DNA of 60,568 bases, counting the filler. It is 6 parts of 6 records of this genome, joined end to end, with 100 filler letters (N's around TTAATTAATTAA, not from the genome) between each part and the next. Parts side by side here need not be neighbours in the genome. Positions count along the whole stretch, not along the records: positions 52,268 to 60,568 come from SRR31156797_4200; 5 more parts are not named here. One strand, written 5' to 3'. The position numbers and the translations under genes were made by a program. Shown here in pieces: positions 59,283-60,568 of the stretch; position 1 is the stretch's first letter, and each line of letters begins with the position of its first letter. The notes beneath the pieces are model-generated. The model was not told the origin of the DNA. It ran no database searches and worked only from the letters and a program-made list of their open reading frames with translations.

Positions 59283-59495
59283 ATGGGGGATAGTGTTTAC
59301 AAAATTGTCGATCTGGTAGGCACCAGCGCAACATCCTGGGAAGATGCTGCGAAGGCAGCCGTTGAAACCGCGGGCAATTCGCTCAAGGACCTCAGAATTG
59401 CCGAGGTCAACAAACTCGATATAAAGATTGAAGACGGGAAGGTTACACAATTTAGAACAAACATCAGGTTATCATTCAAGTACCAGGCAGATTAA
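59283..59495 (+). CDS. Dodecin-family protein
   Basis: SVYKIVDLVGTS..SWEDAA..AV..A..SL.DLRIAEV, LSFKY; AAGGAGG RBS. Confidence 0.93.
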   Translation: MGDSVYKIVDLVGTSATSWEDAAKAAVETAGNSLKDLRIAEVNKLDIKIEDGKVTQFRTNIRLSFKYQAD

Positions 59496-59556
59496 ACGTC
59501 ACATCAATCTGGCAGGGCCCGGTAAGGGCCCGGCCAAAAACGTATCGGAGCATGAA

Positions 59557-59763
59557 ATGGAGAGGCCCCAAAAAGTATATGGAAAACGGTCACCAAAGGA
59601 CCGAAGATCTCCTGTAGACAGACGGATTGTTAACCTTGGCCCACGATATCCCGGGGAGGACATGCGGAAGAACAGTGACAGAAGGCAGGGCTGGGAAGAC
59701 AGGTATGGATGGGAGCGCACAAGCCGATGGAGCAGCGCTCCCATCTATTCAAAGATTCCCTGA
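59557..59763 (+). CDS. 68-aa Arg-rich microprotein with DRR repeats
   Basis: GGAG RBS 6 nt before ATG 59557; RSPKDRRSPVDRR, RKNSDRR, GWER..RWSS. Confidence 0.7.
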   Translation: MERPQKVYGKRSPKDRRSPVDRRIVNLGPRYPGEDMRKNSDRRQGWEDRYGWERTSRWSSAPIYSKIP

Positions 59764-59773
59764 ATGCCATCAT

Positions 59774-60568
59774 CTATTCCAGGGCCTTTGACACGATCTC
59801 GTATACATCCCTCGAAGGCTCCTGGATGGTGATAATCCTTTTCAGCTCTTGCTGCATCAGCAGTTGTCTTTTTTGATCAAATCGTTTCCAGCGGTTGAAA
59901 CCCGAGACGAGCCGTGCGGAAATCTGGGGATTTGACTTGTCCAGGGCAATGATTTGGTCCGCAAGAAAGGTGTATCCCCGGCCGTCCGGAGTATGGAAAG
60001 CTGCGGGGTTTTGAAAGGCGAACACGCCGGCGAGGGATCTGACCCTGTTGGGATTCTTCAGTGAATAATCCGGGTGGTCCGCAAGCCGTTTGACCTGTTC
60101 CAGCGTATCGGTGCGCATGGAGGCGGCCTGGACGCTGAACCACTTGTCCATGACCAGGGGATCTGATTTCCATTGCTGGTAAAACCGGTCCAGTGCCTCT
60201 GTCCTGTGGGGGGTATCCATGTGGGAGAGGGTGGTCAGGCAGGCGATTGCGTCGGTCATGTTGGCAGCCGTGATGAAGCGTTCATGGGAAAAATCTGCTG
60301 CTTCCGGGGTGTTAAGGGCGCCAATGTAGGAGATCAGCAGGTTCTTGAGACTTCTTTTGGACATTGCTTCAAATGAGAGGTCCGACCCATTGGCAAGGGA
60401 GCACTCCTCGATGATTTCCATGGCCTGGTCGGTGATCTCCCGGGCAATGGTCTGTTTCAAAATCTGCCTTGCCCTGTGGATACCATCCACATCAATTTCC
60501 TGATAATTCTCGCCGATCTCATTTTCATGGGGAAGGGTGAGGGCCCTTGCCATGAGGGCCCGGTCCCG
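59774..60568 (-). CDS. pepN: Aminopeptidase N, C-terminal domain (gene continues beyond window)
   Basis: ANMTD, DPLVMDKWF, KNPNRVRSL, NPQISARL, SRDVYEIVSKAL. Confidence 0.95.
   Translation of the reverse strand, partial: RDRALMARALTLPHENEIGENYQEIDVDGIHRARQILKQTIAREITDQAMEIIEECSLANGSDLSFEAMSKRSLKNLLISYIGALNTPEAADFSHERFITAANMTDAIACLTTLSHMDTPHRTEALDRFYQQWKSDPLVMDKWFSVQAASMRTDTLEQVKRLADHPDYSLKNPNRVRSLAGVFAFQNPAAFHTPDGRGYTFLADQIIALDKSNPQISARLVSGFNRWKRFDQKRQLLMQQELKRIITIQEPSRDVYEIVSKALE

Noticed and set aside
59511..59535. GC-rich hairpin after dodecin as a terminator
   Set aside because: No U-tract follows the stem on either strand

Overview
The window is not one locus. It is six unrelated contigs joined by five artificial 100-nt spacers (N-run + TTAATTAATTAA + N-run), so gene neighbourhoods are meaningful only within a contig. 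Taxonomic labels below are inferred from gene content and composition. (1) 1-12197, Desulfovibrionales-like accessory region. It carries small detox and regulatory genes (AraC, VOC x2, GNAT, HxlR, Vat/CatB, LysE, KynB-like), a YbjQ-YbjQ-M48 operon, two secreted Cys-rich proteins (one with six CxxxC motifs, one CVNH-like), a CII-family regulator and pgpA. A degenerate intergenic element recurs ahead of four + strand genes. (2) 12298-22978, low-GC Campylobacterota-like hydrogenase island: echABCDEF followed by hoxEFU on the minus strand, and divergent tetR plus a cytoplasmic group 2 [NiFe] hydrogenase. (3) 23079-29236, Bacteroidota: GH130, a LytTR/sensor kinase pair with two 21-bp-periodic box arrays, and Spy/CpxP. 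(4) 29337-36948, Bacteroidota: GluR0-like channel fragment, DUF2892, NucA-type nuclease, a ~1750-aa T9SS protein with three copies of an unassigned domain, a thioesterase and a REP-like palindrome. (5) 37049-52167, Bacteroidota: DUF6261, S41 protease, a two-gene islet at tRNA-Arg(CCG), a 16-unit heptamer array, leuS, yitT x2, M23, DUF169, purN, acpP and fabF. (6) 52268-60568, Desulfobacterales-like: atypical class III nucleotide cyclase, class IV aminotransferase, EI24/CysZ, bacterial cereblon, two GMC oxidoreductases, dodecin, an Arg-rich DRR microprotein and pepN. The best candidates for new biology are the repeat-delimited gene array in contig 1, the co-oriented Ech-HoxEFU cluster with a shared promoter box, and the non-canonical cyclase. 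All product calls come from motif recognition by eye; no database search was run.
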